In this document: positions 39,828 to 50,017 of the stretch, one piece after another
Numbering within the stretch: the first letter of the stretch is position 1
Layout: each line of letters opens with the position of its first letter
NCBI GenBank assembly: GCA_963701855.1
Contig: CAVPBK010000001.1
Span: forward strand, 32,001-96,000
DNA: 64,000 nt
From: Nitrospirota bacterium
Lineage (GTDB): Bacteria > Nitrospirota > Nitrospiria > Nitrospirales > Nitrospiraceae
Reading direction: 5' to 3'
Program-made: the position numbers and the translations under genes
Notes under the pieces: generated by a model
Database searches by the model: none
The model's input: the letters and a program-made list of their open reading frames with translations, nothing else
What the model was told of the DNA's origin: nothing

Positions 39828-41075
39828 CTAGTCTTTGGGCTTCAACAGCTCGGATTTCAAGGTAAAGGCGCCTTCCTTGACGACCGATTCCCCTTCCTGC
39901 ATCCCTTCGAGGATTTCGGCGAAGGTTCCATTTTTCCCGCCCACCTTGATCGTTCGCGCTTCAAAGACGCCGGGTTCCTTTTGCACAAACACGAAGCTGC
40001 GATCCCGATCGTGCTGAACAGCTGCTTCGGGAACGACCAGGACATCCGATGCCGGTTCGGACGAAACGCGGATCGTGGCAAACATTTCCGGCTTCAGGTG
40101 ACCCTTGGAATTTTCCAAGACGAGGCGCACCTGCATGGTCCGCGTCGCGGTATCGAGAACGTCACCAACATACGCAACGGTGCCCTGGAACACGTCATCG
40201 GGATAGGCAGTCACAAAGACTTCGACCGGCTGATTCGGAACGGTGGTCGCACGCTGCACATAGGAAACATCTTTTTCCGATACATTAGCCACCACCCAGA
40301 CCGTCGAAAGATCGGCCACCACAAACAGTTTTTGAGTGGTTTCGACCAGCTCGCCTTTCGTGAGATCCCGCGCGATCACCCGTCCGGCAAAGGGCGCAAC
40401 AATGGAAATCTGCGAGCGGATCGTTTGGGTCCGTTCCAGCGAGCGGATCTGTTTGTCGTCCATGCCTAACAGCCGGAGCCCCTCGAGTGCTTCCTGAGCC
40501 TCGGCGCGGATACTGATCATTTCTCCTTCGCGGCGCTGCGCCTCTGCCTGGCCGATGACTTTCTCTTGGTAAAGGAACTGCGCCCGCTGATAGGCCTGCT
40601 CCGCCACATGTCTTCGCGCGCGAGCCTTGAGATAGGCAGACTGGGCGAGCCCGAGATCGCCGCTATGGAGCACCGCCAACAGCTGATTGGCTTTGACCAT
40701 CTGACCCAAGTCGGCATGCACCTCGGCCACCCGCCCACGCACGAGGGTCGTAATATTCGCCAACGCGTTCTCGTTCGGCCGTACGACGCCGGGAAATGTA
40801 CGGTAGGTGCGAAATGCCGTTCGTCCGACCGGCTCCACCGTCACACCGGACCGGATGACTTCGTCCGGCGGGAGACGAACAAGACCTGCCTCGCTCGACG
40901 ACTGTTTCGATCCTCTCTCCTCAGCCGGAGCCGGCGCACGGTCACAACCCATGAAGGAGGCCAGCAGCAGCATGCCGAAGAAGACCTTGCACGCAGCACT
41001 CAAACGGCTTCGTGGGCGCGCATGACACTCGTATCGATTTGTACATCGGCCGGAAGAAATGACCATGCCTCTCAT
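39828..41075 (-). CDS. RND membrane fusion protein (CzcB/CusB-like)
   Basis: ADLSTVWV, TRTMQVR, LKPEMF. Lipoprotein-like FMGC signal. Confidence 0.92.
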   Translation of the reverse strand: MRGMVISSGRCTNRYECHARPRSRLSAACKVFFGMLLLASFMGCDRAPAPAEERGSKQSSSEAGLVRLPPDEVIRSGVTVEPVGRTAFRTYRTFPGVVRPNENALANITTLVRGRVAEVHADLGQMVKANQLLAVLHSGDLGLAQSAYLKARARRHVAEQAYQRAQFLYQEKVIGQAEAQRREGEMISIRAEAQEALEGLRLLGMDDKQIRSLERTQTIRSQISIVAPFAGRVIARDLTKGELVETTQKLFVVADLSTVWVVANVSEKDVSYVQRATTVPNQPVEVFVTAYPDDVFQGTVAYVGDVLDTATRTMQVRLVLENSKGHLKPEMFATIRVSSEPASDVLVVPEAAVQHDRDRSFVFVQKEPGVFEARTIKVGGKNGTFAEILEGMQEGESVVKEGAFTLKSELLKPKD

Positions 41076-41090
41076 CTGTCCTTTTTACTA

Positions 41091-42359
41091 TTAGAGTGGA
41101 CCGCCCAGTGCCCGCTCAAACCGCGTGAGCGCTATTGAGAGTTCGAAGCGTGCCTGATTGTAATCCACGGTGATCTGGCGCTGGACCCGTTGGGCATCGA
41201 GAACATCCAGGAGACTGGAGGCGCCCTGGCGGAAGCTCAATTGGGCGATGCGAAGCGCTTCTTGCGCTTGCTTTAAGAGCCCTTCCTCATAGACGAGAAT
41301 CTGATCTTGCGCCGTTTCCGCCTCGCGAGCATGTTGGTTGATGGCACGGGCGAGGTCGTTCCTGGCGCGAATCAACTCTGCCTCTTCTTTTCGTTGAGTA
41401 CCGAGCGCCGTCGCAATGTGCCCTTGCTGCCGATACCATAGGGGCGTCGGCAGACTCACACCCGCCATCACCGCCTCGCGGCCTATCTCTCTGGCATACC
41501 CGCCAAACAGGGTCACGTTCGGCACACGGGCTTGACGCTCTTTGGTGACGGTCAATTCAGCCTGTTCCACTACTTTTCCCTGGCGTTTGAGAATGGGATG
41601 CTGCGACATGTCCCTCGCCGCCATCTGCTCCGGGTCCAGATGCTCCCGGAAGGACCGGAAATCTCCTTCCACCTTGTACCGAGGCCCCAAGGCTCCCGCC
41701 GTCAAGGTGTCCAGCCCGACAAGTTTCACTCGCACAACATTCTTGGCTTTCGTCATCTCTTGCTTGGCTTTGAGCACCTCCACATCCGCCTTCACCGCTT
41801 CGAATTGAGGGCCTTCGCCGGATCGGACGCGGGCTCTGACAATGCGCGCCACCTCCTGAACGATCTCTAAGTTCTGCTGAAGCAGGTCTACCGTCCGTTC
41901 CGCCAGCAGCAGTTCGTAGAATAGCCCCTTCACCTCCGCAATGAGATTGAGCTTGGCTTCTTCGAGGCCGACCGTCGCCCCAACCAGACCGGCGGCTGCC
42001 GCGTCCTTACGAGCCTCCCGCATGCCAGGCCATTCCACCGTCTGATGCACCGTCACGCCGCGCTCGGTTATGCGATCCCCGTTGCGGGGGTCTTGAATCG
42101 TGGCATCCGCCGTCTGGGCGGTGATTGTGGGGTTAGGATAGGCGCCGGCTTCGATCCGCCTGCCCTCATTCTGCTCGATTACGCTTCGGGCACCTGCGAT
42201 TGCCGGGTTCCGCTCCATCGCCAAGTCGATGATGCGTCCGAGATCGAACGTGGGCATCAGTTCCTTCGCCTGGGCGAAGGATGGCATCAGTGCCCCACTC
42301 GTCGCCACGGCCACCATCACGGTTATCACTACGGCAAAATTCCAAGGACGAGCCGGCAT
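41091..42359 (-). CDS. TolC-family outer membrane efflux protein (CzcC-like)
   Basis: Signal peptide, AMERNP, YPNP, SLLDVLDAQR. RBS AAGGAGG. Confidence 0.9.
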   Translation of the reverse strand: MPARPWNFAVVITVMVAVATSGALMPSFAQAKELMPTFDLGRIIDLAMERNPAIAGARSVIEQNEGRRIEAGAYPNPTITAQTADATIQDPRNGDRITERGVTVHQTVEWPGMREARKDAAAAGLVGATVGLEEAKLNLIAEVKGLFYELLLAERTVDLLQQNLEIVQEVARIVRARVRSGEGPQFEAVKADVEVLKAKQEMTKAKNVVRVKLVGLDTLTAGALGPRYKVEGDFRSFREHLDPEQMAARDMSQHPILKRQGKVVEQAELTVTKERQARVPNVTLFGGYAREIGREAVMAGVSLPTPLWYRQQGHIATALGTQRKEEAELIRARNDLARAINQHAREAETAQDQILVYEEGLLKQAQEALRIAQLSFRQGASSLLDVLDAQRVQRQITVDYNQARFELSIALTRFERALGGPL

Positions 42360-42432
42360 GTGCTGCCTCCTTCGGAGTCACGATGAGCATGTCTGATCGA
42401 GATCGAAAACGAAACAGGCTGTCGACGTTGTG

Positions 42433-42762
42433 CTAACTCTGTGAGGTCGGGGGATGAAACAGTTGGAAGATCAGAAGGGTGGATGGAGGAAGCTCGTTCA
42501 TTGAGGCAAGGAAACGGCTTGACTCACAATCGGATACACTCAATCGAGAAGTGACGCAATCTTCCGGCATCTCTTGCGGCGAATCGTCCTCGAAATCGGT
42601 CGCCTCCGCGGTGTTACTGAAGTCGCAGGTTTGCCCACTTCCAGTATCGCCGGTCAAACCGCACAAACTATTGAAAGACCACCCGATCTGCGCGGCCGGA
42701 AATACGGTGCAGAATAGCAGCATAAACACGAAAAATGAGACAAATGAACGGATCGTTACCAC
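42433..42762 (-). CDS. Small upstream ORF with signal-like N-terminus and C-terminal FHPP motif
   Basis: 109 aa, five Cys, acidic linker, ends QLFHPPTSQS. Stop lies 73 nt before the TolC gene start. Confidence 0.6.
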   Translation of the reverse strand: MVTIRSFVSFFVFMLLFCTVFPAAQIGWSFNSLCGLTGDTGSGQTCDFSNTAEATDFEDDSPQEMPEDCVTSRLSVSDCESSRFLASMNELPPSTLLIFQLFHPPTSQS

Positions 42763-43287
42763 AACACCTTATAAATACGAGGATGACGAGGTTGTCAATA
42801 AGTTAGTTGAAATATTAAAGCGGCTTCCCCGGCAGTTACGGCCAGCTAAGACACTCGACGCTATAGTACCCTGCTCTCAGCCTCGGTTACAAGAAGAACT
42901 GTTAACCCGCATAATTCATGACGGTTCGTCACGACACCGCCCAAACGCACGTTCCTCATGAAGCTTATTTCGTTATTCGCGCGCGACTTGCGAGAAAAGC
43001 AGGACTGGCCTGATGTATCATCTTCGCCAGTCGCGCAGGTCATGCCCTTCTCGCTCATCATCCACGAGCGACACTTCACACGCAAGAGCAGCGGGTCGGC
43101 GATTACAGTAGACATGTTTCAGAGATTCTTTCTCAGCAGGACGCCCTCTTGTCCTGTTTCATCAACAAAGGTCTTCAGACTTTCGGCCAAGAGCAAGGAG
43201 GTATCTGGCCTACCGTCTGTCGGCAAAGAGTGGTGCCGGAGTTGAAAGGTCGCGATCCAACTCTTCGGCCCGTCGATCGCGCTGCTA

Positions 43288-44115
43288 CTATTGATCATTC
43301 GCGGCTTCACTCGTGACGATTGTCTGTCGATCACCCTGATCGGCGGATTCCGGTGTCCCGTCGATTCGATGGACGAGAAGCCGTATGACCTCTTCTATTT
43401 CTCCTTGATGGTTGAGATAATACTGCGCCCGAGATCGTGCATGCCGCCCGACACGCACCCCCATGGCCAGCCCTTTGGTCAGTTCAAAGACATCCTCGTC
43501 CGTTTCATCGTCACCGATAAAGAATATGCTGGTTTGCCGGAGGTGAACCATCAGAGCCAACACCGCCGGCCCTTTCCCGCTCTCCCCAGGAGGGAGTACA
43601 TTGACAGACAATTTACCAAAAATGAGTCGAGGCGCTGGCGACAATTGCTGGAGCAGAAGCAGCACGGCCAAGTGCACCTGATTCGGTTCTGTCACGCCTC
43701 GGTAGTGCAGGGTAAGTGAATAGCGCTTGTCTTCGACTTCGACGCCAAGATCCGTTAATGACTGGGCGAAGCGAATGGAAAGGTCCCGCTTCCAACCCTG
43801 ACAGATCTCTTCAGCCCAGAGGAGTGTGGAGACGGGGGTCAGGGAACTCTCGATCCCGTGATTCCCGATCAGGTACGGGACGGTTCCATTGATGCGTGAC
43901 GCGAGATCAGCGAGTGCCCGGCCTGAGACAATGGCGCAGGAGGCACGTTTCGCCAGTTCCTTGATCCACTCGTTGATGGAAGCTGGGATCTGGACGGTGT
44001 CACGATCGGGCGAGATCGGCGCAAGCGTGCCGTCAAAATCGAAGGCATACAGAATGGAGCGGGTCGTGAGGGCGCACAGGGCCCGACGCCCCTCCTCAGA
44101 TAATAAATACATCAT
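43288..44115 (-). CDS. otsB: Trehalose-6-phosphate phosphatase
   Basis: HAD motifs FDFDGTL, VSGR, GNHG, GK, FIGDDETDEDVF. Start overlaps the otsA stop. Confidence 0.93.
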   Translation of the reverse strand: MMYLLSEEGRRALCALTTRSILYAFDFDGTLAPISPDRDTVQIPASINEWIKELAKRASCAIVSGRALADLASRINGTVPYLIGNHGIESSLTPVSTLLWAEEICQGWKRDLSIRFAQSLTDLGVEVEDKRYSLTLHYRGVTEPNQVHLAVLLLLQQLSPAPRLIFGKLSVNVLPPGESGKGPAVLALMVHLRQTSIFFIGDDETDEDVFELTKGLAMGVRVGRHARSRAQYYLNHQGEIEEVIRLLVHRIDGTPESADQGDRQTIVTSEAANDQ

Positions 44116-46361
44116 GCGGGATCTCCCGTGGTGGTTCGTACATCTCGCGCACCCACTTGCCGGGCGAGGCGGGCTCGTTGCCGCATGCTGGCCGCATCCA
44201 TGAGCATGCGCCCGGCCCAGCGGTACACGTTAAATTCTTGCACGATGCCGCGCATGCTGCGCATCCTGGCTCGCTGCTCGGTCGGCGGCATCGTCAGAGC
44301 CAGGTGCATGGCCGCCGCACACTGATCGATGTTGTATGGATTGATGATCAGCGCCTCGGGTAACTCAGTGGCCGCGCCGGTAAATTGGCTGAGGATCAGC
44401 ACGCCTTGCTCGTCGTCCCGCGCTGCAACAAATTCTTTGGCTACGAGATTCATGCCGTCATGCAGGCTGCTGACGACGCAGAAGTCGGCCCCTCGGTAAT
44501 AGGTGGTGACGTCCTGCGGTTTGTGATGTTCGATCCGTAGATAGATGGGCTGGTACCCCTCTCGGCCGAATCGTTGATTGATGCGTTCGGCCAAGGCCGT
44601 CACTTGCTGCGTGAGCTGCTTATACTGATCGATTTTAGAGCGGCTGGGAGCGGCAATTTGGATGAAGGAGAACGCGCCGACCCATTCCGGCTGCAACTCC
44701 AGAAGTCGTTCAACAGCGAGGAACCGCTCGAGAATGCCCTTCGTATAATCCAGCCGTTCGACGCCGACACCGACGCGATGGGTGAGGGGGATGCCGTTAA
44801 TTACCCGGATGTGGGCCCTGCACTCGGATTCGGACGGCACTGGTGACTGCTCTTGCTTGGGCCACGCGATCGAAATCGGGTAATGATTCACCGCGGTGAG
44901 TTTGCCTTGATAGGAAATCATGGAGCTGTCCCAGTTGATTCTCGTTTCGAGAGAGCGGTCCACGGTATTGATGAAGTTGCTGCAATGGAATCGGGTGTGA
45001 AATCCGAGAATACTGCTCCCCAAGAGCCCTTCGAGGATCTCTCGATACCAGGGACAGATGGCATAGCGTTCCGGATCACTCCACGGGATGTGCCAAAACG
45101 TCACGATTGTCGCGTGCGGCAGATGGTCGCGCACGATCTTGGGCACCAGGGACAGATGGAAATCCTGCACGAGTACGACGGGGTTGTCGGTTTTGGCTTC
45201 CTCGATAATGGCCATCGCAAACCGCTCATTGATCTTTTTGTACTGTTCCCAGTCCGAGGAACGAAAGATGGGGCGGACGTGGGCCAGATGACAGAGCGGC
45301 CAGAGCCCTTCGTTGGCAAATCCATAGTAGTAGCCGTCTTCTTCCTCAGACGACATCCAAATCCTCCTGATCTCGTAGGCAGGGTTGTCCGGCGGGACGC
45401 GGACATGGTCGTGCGCATCGACAACCTCGCGATCAGCCGTGCCACTGCCATGCGCAATCCAGACACCCGAACAGGCACGCATAATCGGTTCGAGGGCGGT
45501 GACGACCCCGCTGGCCGGCACTTGGACTTCGATCTGCTGCCCGTTCCGATTGTGGAGATACGGCTCACGGTTGGAAGCGATCAGCACTTCATCTCCAGCG
45601 AGGTGATCGTGCAGGATCTTCTTGAGGGTGGCCGGCGTCCAGCTCATCTGGCTCTCATCGCGCATACGCTTGTCCGATTCAAGTTCCCGAATCATCGCAC
45701 GCAGATCTTGCGCGACCGGCTGCAGCTCTGAATCCTGCAGCGTATCGCCGCGCAATGCGGCAAGCCCCTCGCCGCGGAGCATTCCTCGTACGCCCGCCAC
45801 CCATCCTCGCCAACTCAGGTGCGCGACCAGCACCGTCACAAGGGAAATTACCACGCCGATGATTGCAAACAGATAGTAGAGGTACCACTTTGTATCGCTG
45901 CTTCGACGCTCCACCCAACTCATGTCGTGGATGAGCATGAGGCGTCCCAGAGGACGGCCGTTGGCTGCTATGTCGACCGCAGAGACATGAACGGGCCCTT
46001 GCTTGAGCCGAACGAGGGTCGTCTGGCCCGCGTTGACGACCGTGGGGCCTGCACAGGGAATCGACTCAGGGTAGGCATGTGTTTTATACGTGAGCTGATT
46101 GTGCGGATCGCAGAACCCGATGGCAAAGAGCCGTTCGTCTGTGGTGATCCGCTGAAAGTAACCCGATAATTTCGCCTTGGACTCGGAAGCAAGCAGCTCG
46201 GTGAGCGGAGCTTCCATCATCCCGGCGATGAGTTGCGAGCGAAGCTCCAAGTCCCGCATGAACCATTTCAGCGTCAGCGTATCAACGAGGGGAATAACGG
46301 CATAGGCCAGGCCGGCGAGCACCAGGGCCAACGGCAGTAAGAATCGAAGCGATAAGCGCAT
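44112..46361 (-). CDS. otsA: Trehalose-6-phosphate synthase with N-terminal two-TM extension
   Basis: GT20 motifs [37 protein letters not shown] after ~250 extra residues. Confidence 0.92.
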   Translation of the reverse strand: MRLSLRFLLPLALVLAGLAYAVIPLVDTLTLKWFMRDLELRSQLIAGMMEAPLTELLASESKAKLSGYFQRITTDERLFAIGFCDPHNQLTYKTHAYPESIPCAGPTVVNAGQTTLVRLKQGPVHVSAVDIAANGRPLGRLMLIHDMSWVERRSSDTKWYLYYLFAIIGVVISLVTVLVAHLSWRGWVAGVRGMLRGEGLAALRGDTLQDSELQPVAQDLRAMIRELESDKRMRDESQMSWTPATLKKILHDHLAGDEVLIASNREPYLHNRNGQQIEVQVPASGVVTALEPIMRACSGVWIAHGSGTADREVVDAHDHVRVPPDNPAYEIRRIWMSSEEEDGYYYGFANEGLWPLCHLAHVRPIFRSSDWEQYKKINERFAMAIIEEAKTDNPVVLVQDFHLSLVPKIVRDHLPHATIVTFWHIPWSDPERYAICPWYREILEGLLGSSILGFHTRFHCSNFINTVDRSLETRINWDSSMISYQGKLTAVNHYPISIAWPKQEQSPVPSESECRAHIRVINGIPLTHRVGVGVERLDYTKGILERFLAVERLLELQPEWVGAFSFIQIAAPSRSKIDQYKQLTQQVTALAERINQRFGREGYQPIYLRIEHHKPQDVTTYYRGADFCVVSSLHDGMNLVAKEFVAARDDEQGVLILSQFTGAATELPEALIINPYNIDQCAAAMHLALTMPPTEQRARMRSMRGIVQEFNVYRWAGRMLMDAASMRQRARLARQVGARDVRTTTGDPA

Positions 46362-46409
46362 AGGTCACCTCTCGTTTACTTCGGGCGAAAAATCGCCTAT
46401 GGTAACGGC

Positions 46410-48194
46410 ATGTATCCTTACGCCCTGATCGGCAATTGTCAAACTTCGGCTCTCATCGGATTGACCGGCGCTGTCGAGTGGATGTGCGCCCCGCGGCCCG
46501 ACAGTCCGCCCGTCTTTGGCCGGATGCTCGATCCCGACGGAGGGCATTTCTCTATTTCGAGCCTGATCCCTTCCACCGAACTCATGACCGAGCAACGCTA
46601 TCTTCCGAATACGAATATCCTGCTCACCACCGTCACATTGCCGAACGGCGATGCCTTCCAGATCACCGACTTCTGCCCGCGGTTCGAGCAGTACGGACGC
46701 ATCTACAGGCCGGCGGCGCTGTTCAGGTTGATCGAACCGTTGCAGGGCACTCCGGCCATCCGTGTCAGTTGCCGTCCAGTGTCAGGCTGGGAAAAGACTC
46801 CTGTCAATCCTGTGCGGGGCAGCAATCATCTGCGCTACGACATCCGAGGCGAATCGCTCCGCCTTCTGACCAACATGCCGTTGACCTATCTCTGCGAAGA
46901 GACTCCGGTTGCCCTGACACAGAATTTCAATTTCGGTCTAACGTGGGGCCTCGGCATCGAAGATGACCTCATCAAAGTCACGCACGACTTTCTGGAACAA
47001 ACCACGCGCTATTGGCATACCTGGGTGAAAAACTGTTCGGTGCCGCTGCTGCATCAACAGGAGGTCATCCGCTCCGCTCTGGCCTTGAAGCTCCATTGCT
47101 TCGAAGACACGGGCGCCATTCTGGCGGCCCTGACGACGAGCCTCCCCGAGCAGCCAGGCGGAGGTCGTAACTGGGACTATCGGTACTGCTGGCTGCGCGA
47201 CGCCTATTTTGCGCTCACGGCATTTCATAACCTGGGCCACTTCGAGGAAATGGAGGCCTTTCTCAAGTTTCTGCTGAACATTGCCCACACACATGAACAT
47301 TCCCGTGACCGCCTACGACCGGTCTATACGCTGAGCCAAGGTCTGCCGCTCCCGGAAACCGTGCAAGCGAATTGGGCTGGTTATCGAGGCAGCGTCCCGG
47401 TTCGCAGCCACAACCAAGCAGCGGAGCACGTGCAGAACGACGCCTATGGAGAAATGATTCTGACCTTCACCCCGATCTTCTTCGACGAACGGTTTATCGA
47501 TCTAAGAACCAAAACCCTCGACACGCTCCTGGCCCATTTGGCGAAGTTGTGTGCGCGCAGCATCGGCCAACCGGACGCCGGTCTCTGGGAGATCCGCAAT
47601 GGCTGGCAGGAGCACTCCTTTACAAACTTGATGTCCTGGGCCGGCATCGAACGATTGGAGCGCATCAAACAAGCCGGGCACCTCGGTTCGATCTCCTTGG
47701 ACTTGACCGGCGCACGGGTCCACGCGGCAGATGCCCTCCTCCGAGGCGTACATGGCGGAGCGCTTCGAAACGGCCCGACCGACTCCAGTAATGATGCCGC
47801 CCTCGCCCACCTTCCGATCCTGGGCTACCCAAACCGGGAGCTCTGTGAGTCTACGGTGCTTCACATCACCCACGAACTGTCGCTTCGGCGCGGAAGCGAG
47901 GACACCGGCTTCTTTTACCGCTACGTGCGAAACGACGACTTCGGAAAGCCTGAAGGAGCCTTTGTCATCTGCTCCTTTTGGATTGCCCAAGCGCTCGCCC
48001 GGCTGGGACGGATCCCCGAGGCCAGGACTATTCTTGATCGAGTATTAGTTGCGGCTAATCACGTCGGATTGTTTTCCGAGCATTTCATCCCCGACACGAA
48101 TATTCAGTGCGGCAATTTCCCTCAAGCCTATTCCCATGTCGGTCTTATCAACGCAGCCTTTTCCGTCAGTCCTCCCTGGAGCGACGTGCTCTGA
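46410..48194 (+). CDS. Glycoside hydrolase family 15 (trehalase/glucoamylase-like)
   Basis: TTSLPE, RNWDYRYCWLRD, DAGLWE, GLFSE, GNFPQAYSH. Confidence 0.92.
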   Translation: MYPYALIGNCQTSALIGLTGAVEWMCAPRPDSPPVFGRMLDPDGGHFSISSLIPSTELMTEQRYLPNTNILLTTVTLPNGDAFQITDFCPRFEQYGRIYRPAALFRLIEPLQGTPAIRVSCRPVSGWEKTPVNPVRGSNHLRYDIRGESLRLLTNMPLTYLCEETPVALTQNFNFGLTWGLGIEDDLIKVTHDFLEQTTRYWHTWVKNCSVPLLHQQEVIRSALALKLHCFEDTGAILAALTTSLPEQPGGGRNWDYRYCWLRDAYFALTAFHNLGHFEEMEAFLKFLLNIAHTHEHSRDRLRPVYTLSQGLPLPETVQANWAGYRGSVPVRSHNQAAEHVQNDAYGEMILTFTPIFFDERFIDLRTKTLDTLLAHLAKLCARSIGQPDAGLWEIRNGWQEHSFTNLMSWAGIERLERIKQAGHLGSISLDLTGARVHAADALLRGVHGGALRNGPTDSSNDAALAHLPILGYPNRELCESTVLHITHELSLRRGSEDTGFFYRYVRNDDFGKPEGAFVICSFWIAQALARLGRIPEARTILDRVLVAANHVGLFSEHFIPDTNIQCGNFPQAYSHVGLINAAFSVSPPWSDVL

Positions 48195-48429
48195 ACATCA
48201 TGCCACACGCACGGGACGTTAGCGCCCCTTCTTCACTTGAACAACCGCCGTCGAGCTATCGCTTCTTTGAGATTCTCGGCACTGAACCACACGTTGCATC
48301 GGAGCGCCCGGTCACAAACGAAACAGAGTTGCCTCAGCGCCAGCGTTCCTTCAAATACCAATGGAGACGTGAATGCACGCCCTTTTTCGTAGAAAACGTG
48401 CCACTGCGCTGTGGAGCCAGGAAACGGAC

Positions 48430-48728
48430 CTAGAGAATAGGAGCATGACACAGCGCAGAGACGAGAACCAGCACATCGACAGATGGGTGCGTGTCAGCCA
48501 CTGAAACCGCTTCGAATGAAGACATTAGTTGGAGAAGGGAAGGAGGAACTGCGAACCCTTCAAAAACCGATGTAAACAAGGTGTCAGCGGCCTCAAGGGG
48601 ATTCAGAAGTGTGACTGGCACGCCGAGCATTTCCATCATGATACAGACCAGAGCAACATGACCATCGCCATACATACCCTCCTGCCAAGGCAGTGTTCCT
48701 TGAAGCAATTGTGGCGCAGTTTCGACAT
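48430..48728 (-). pseudogene. Probable decayed signal-bearing small ORF
   Basis: MSKLRH...MAMVMLL (ATG 48728) appears to shift frame into CIMMEMLGVPVTLL...ALCHAPIL*. Confidence 0.35.
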
Positions 48729-49006
48729 TCAACGCCTTTACACGCCTCTCTCAGCCTCGATTACAAGAACAGGGCCTCCTCGGTTAGTTATAATAACGTA
48801 TACATATTACGGTACTCTCTCCGGAGTCTTACCCGCTGAGCTATATTGATCAGATCGTAGGAGTTTCCTTTGTTTTTGGCGAAGAGTCGCATGGGTACAC
48901 GGATCTGAGACATCGTTTTGAGGTTTTGCCAAGATCCAGTACATTGGTATTCGATGACAGGACCTCCTCGACCCCCATCCGAAGCTCTCCGGCGGTTCTC
49001 ACTCTG

Positions 49007-49870
49007 TCACCGAACGACGAGCACGGCACAGTTCGCGTGCTGCACCACCCGCGTCGACACGCTGCCGATGAGAAATCTGGCGATGGCGCCGAGCCCTTTG
49101 GCCCCCACCACGATCAGATCGGCCTGCTGTTGGGAGGCTGCCTTCATGATCTCTTCAGCAGGATTCCCAAGGTAACACAGAGGCTCGGCTATGAATCCCG
49201 CTTTCGTCAGCTTATGCACGCTCTGTTCGAGTAATTTCTTGCTTCCCTCCTTCAACCCAGGATACATGACCAACGGCAGCACATGGAGCACGCTCACGTG
49301 AATCGGTACGCGCCCGCCCTTGCCGGTTGAACGATCCGGCTGAAACTTGCTCAGCACAAACCTCAGAGCTTTGGCCGATGCGTCCGATCCATCGGTCGCC
49401 AAGGTAATCCGCCGCAACGGCGATGCCTCGCCCTTGACGACCAGCACGGGGCAGGTCGCGTGATGGATCAGATTCGTCGATACGCTGCCGAGCATGAAAC
49501 GGTCGAGGGCATCAAGACCCTGACTGCCCACTACCAAAAGTCCGTCTCGTTTCGGCGCCCGTTTCAAAATCGTCGGCGCGACCGCTCCCTGCTCCTTGCG
49601 GACCATGCCCTTAATTTTCAGCGAGGCCAACTGATGTCTAGCCTCCTGAAGGGTTTTGACCGAGCGCGCTTCCATGCGCTTGATTTCCTCTTGAATGTAC
49701 CGCTCGGTGCCGGCCATCACCGGCTGCGCCAGAAACGGCGCGCGAAGCGAAGCGACATCCAGCACATGCAGCGCGGTTACCTTGGGCGGCTCAATGAGCG
49801 GCAGCTTGGCCGCCCAGTTCAATGCCCATCCTCCGTACTTCGATCCATCCGTCGCCACAAGCACATTCAT
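49007..49870 (-). CDS. Tandem-domain universal stress protein, copy 1
   Basis: VLVATDGS, VGSQG...LGSVS, ITLATDGS, VGAKG...IGSVS..VVQHA.CAVLVV. Confidence 0.92.
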   Translation of the reverse strand: MNVLVATDGSKYGGWALNWAAKLPLIEPPKVTALHVLDVASLRAPFLAQPVMAGTERYIQEEIKRMEARSVKTLQEARHQLASLKIKGMVRKEQGAVAPTILKRAPKRDGLLVVGSQGLDALDRFMLGSVSTNLIHHATCPVLVVKGEASPLRRITLATDGSDASAKALRFVLSKFQPDRSTGKGGRVPIHVSVLHVLPLVMYPGLKEGSKKLLEQSVHKLTKAGFIAEPLCYLGNPAEEIMKAASQQQADLIVVGAKGLGAIARFLIGSVSTRVVQHANCAVLVVR

Positions 49871-49953
49871 GGTGCCCATCCTTTCGATTGAGTGTCCACC
49901 GCGTTCAAATCGACAGACTGAAACCGGCTGTGAACTGCTTCCGGCGACAACCC
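49867..49953 (-). pseudogene. Duplicated 3' fragment of pfp
   Basis: GLSPEAVHSRFQSVDLNAVDTQSKGWAP* versus the Pfp C-terminus GLSPEAFQARFQPVVSGLLDTQSKRGAS* (16/28 identical), with the same ATGA overlap. Confidence 0.8.
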
Positions 49954-50017
49954 CTCCAGAGCCAGTCAACAGCCAGTGCCACTGGACACTTGAGACGTCC
50001 CTGTCGTTCTCCCTCTG

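Noticed and set aside
42768..42798. MerR-type promoter (TTGACA-19bp-TATAAG) for the efflux operon
   Set aside because: The spacer contains a direct repeat (CCTCGT x2), not the dyad MerR proteins need, and no merR gene is nearby.
42958..43245. 95-aa plus-strand ORF between the efflux and trehalose operons
   Set aside because: No motif or clear RBS. It may be a degraded gene but cannot be assigned.
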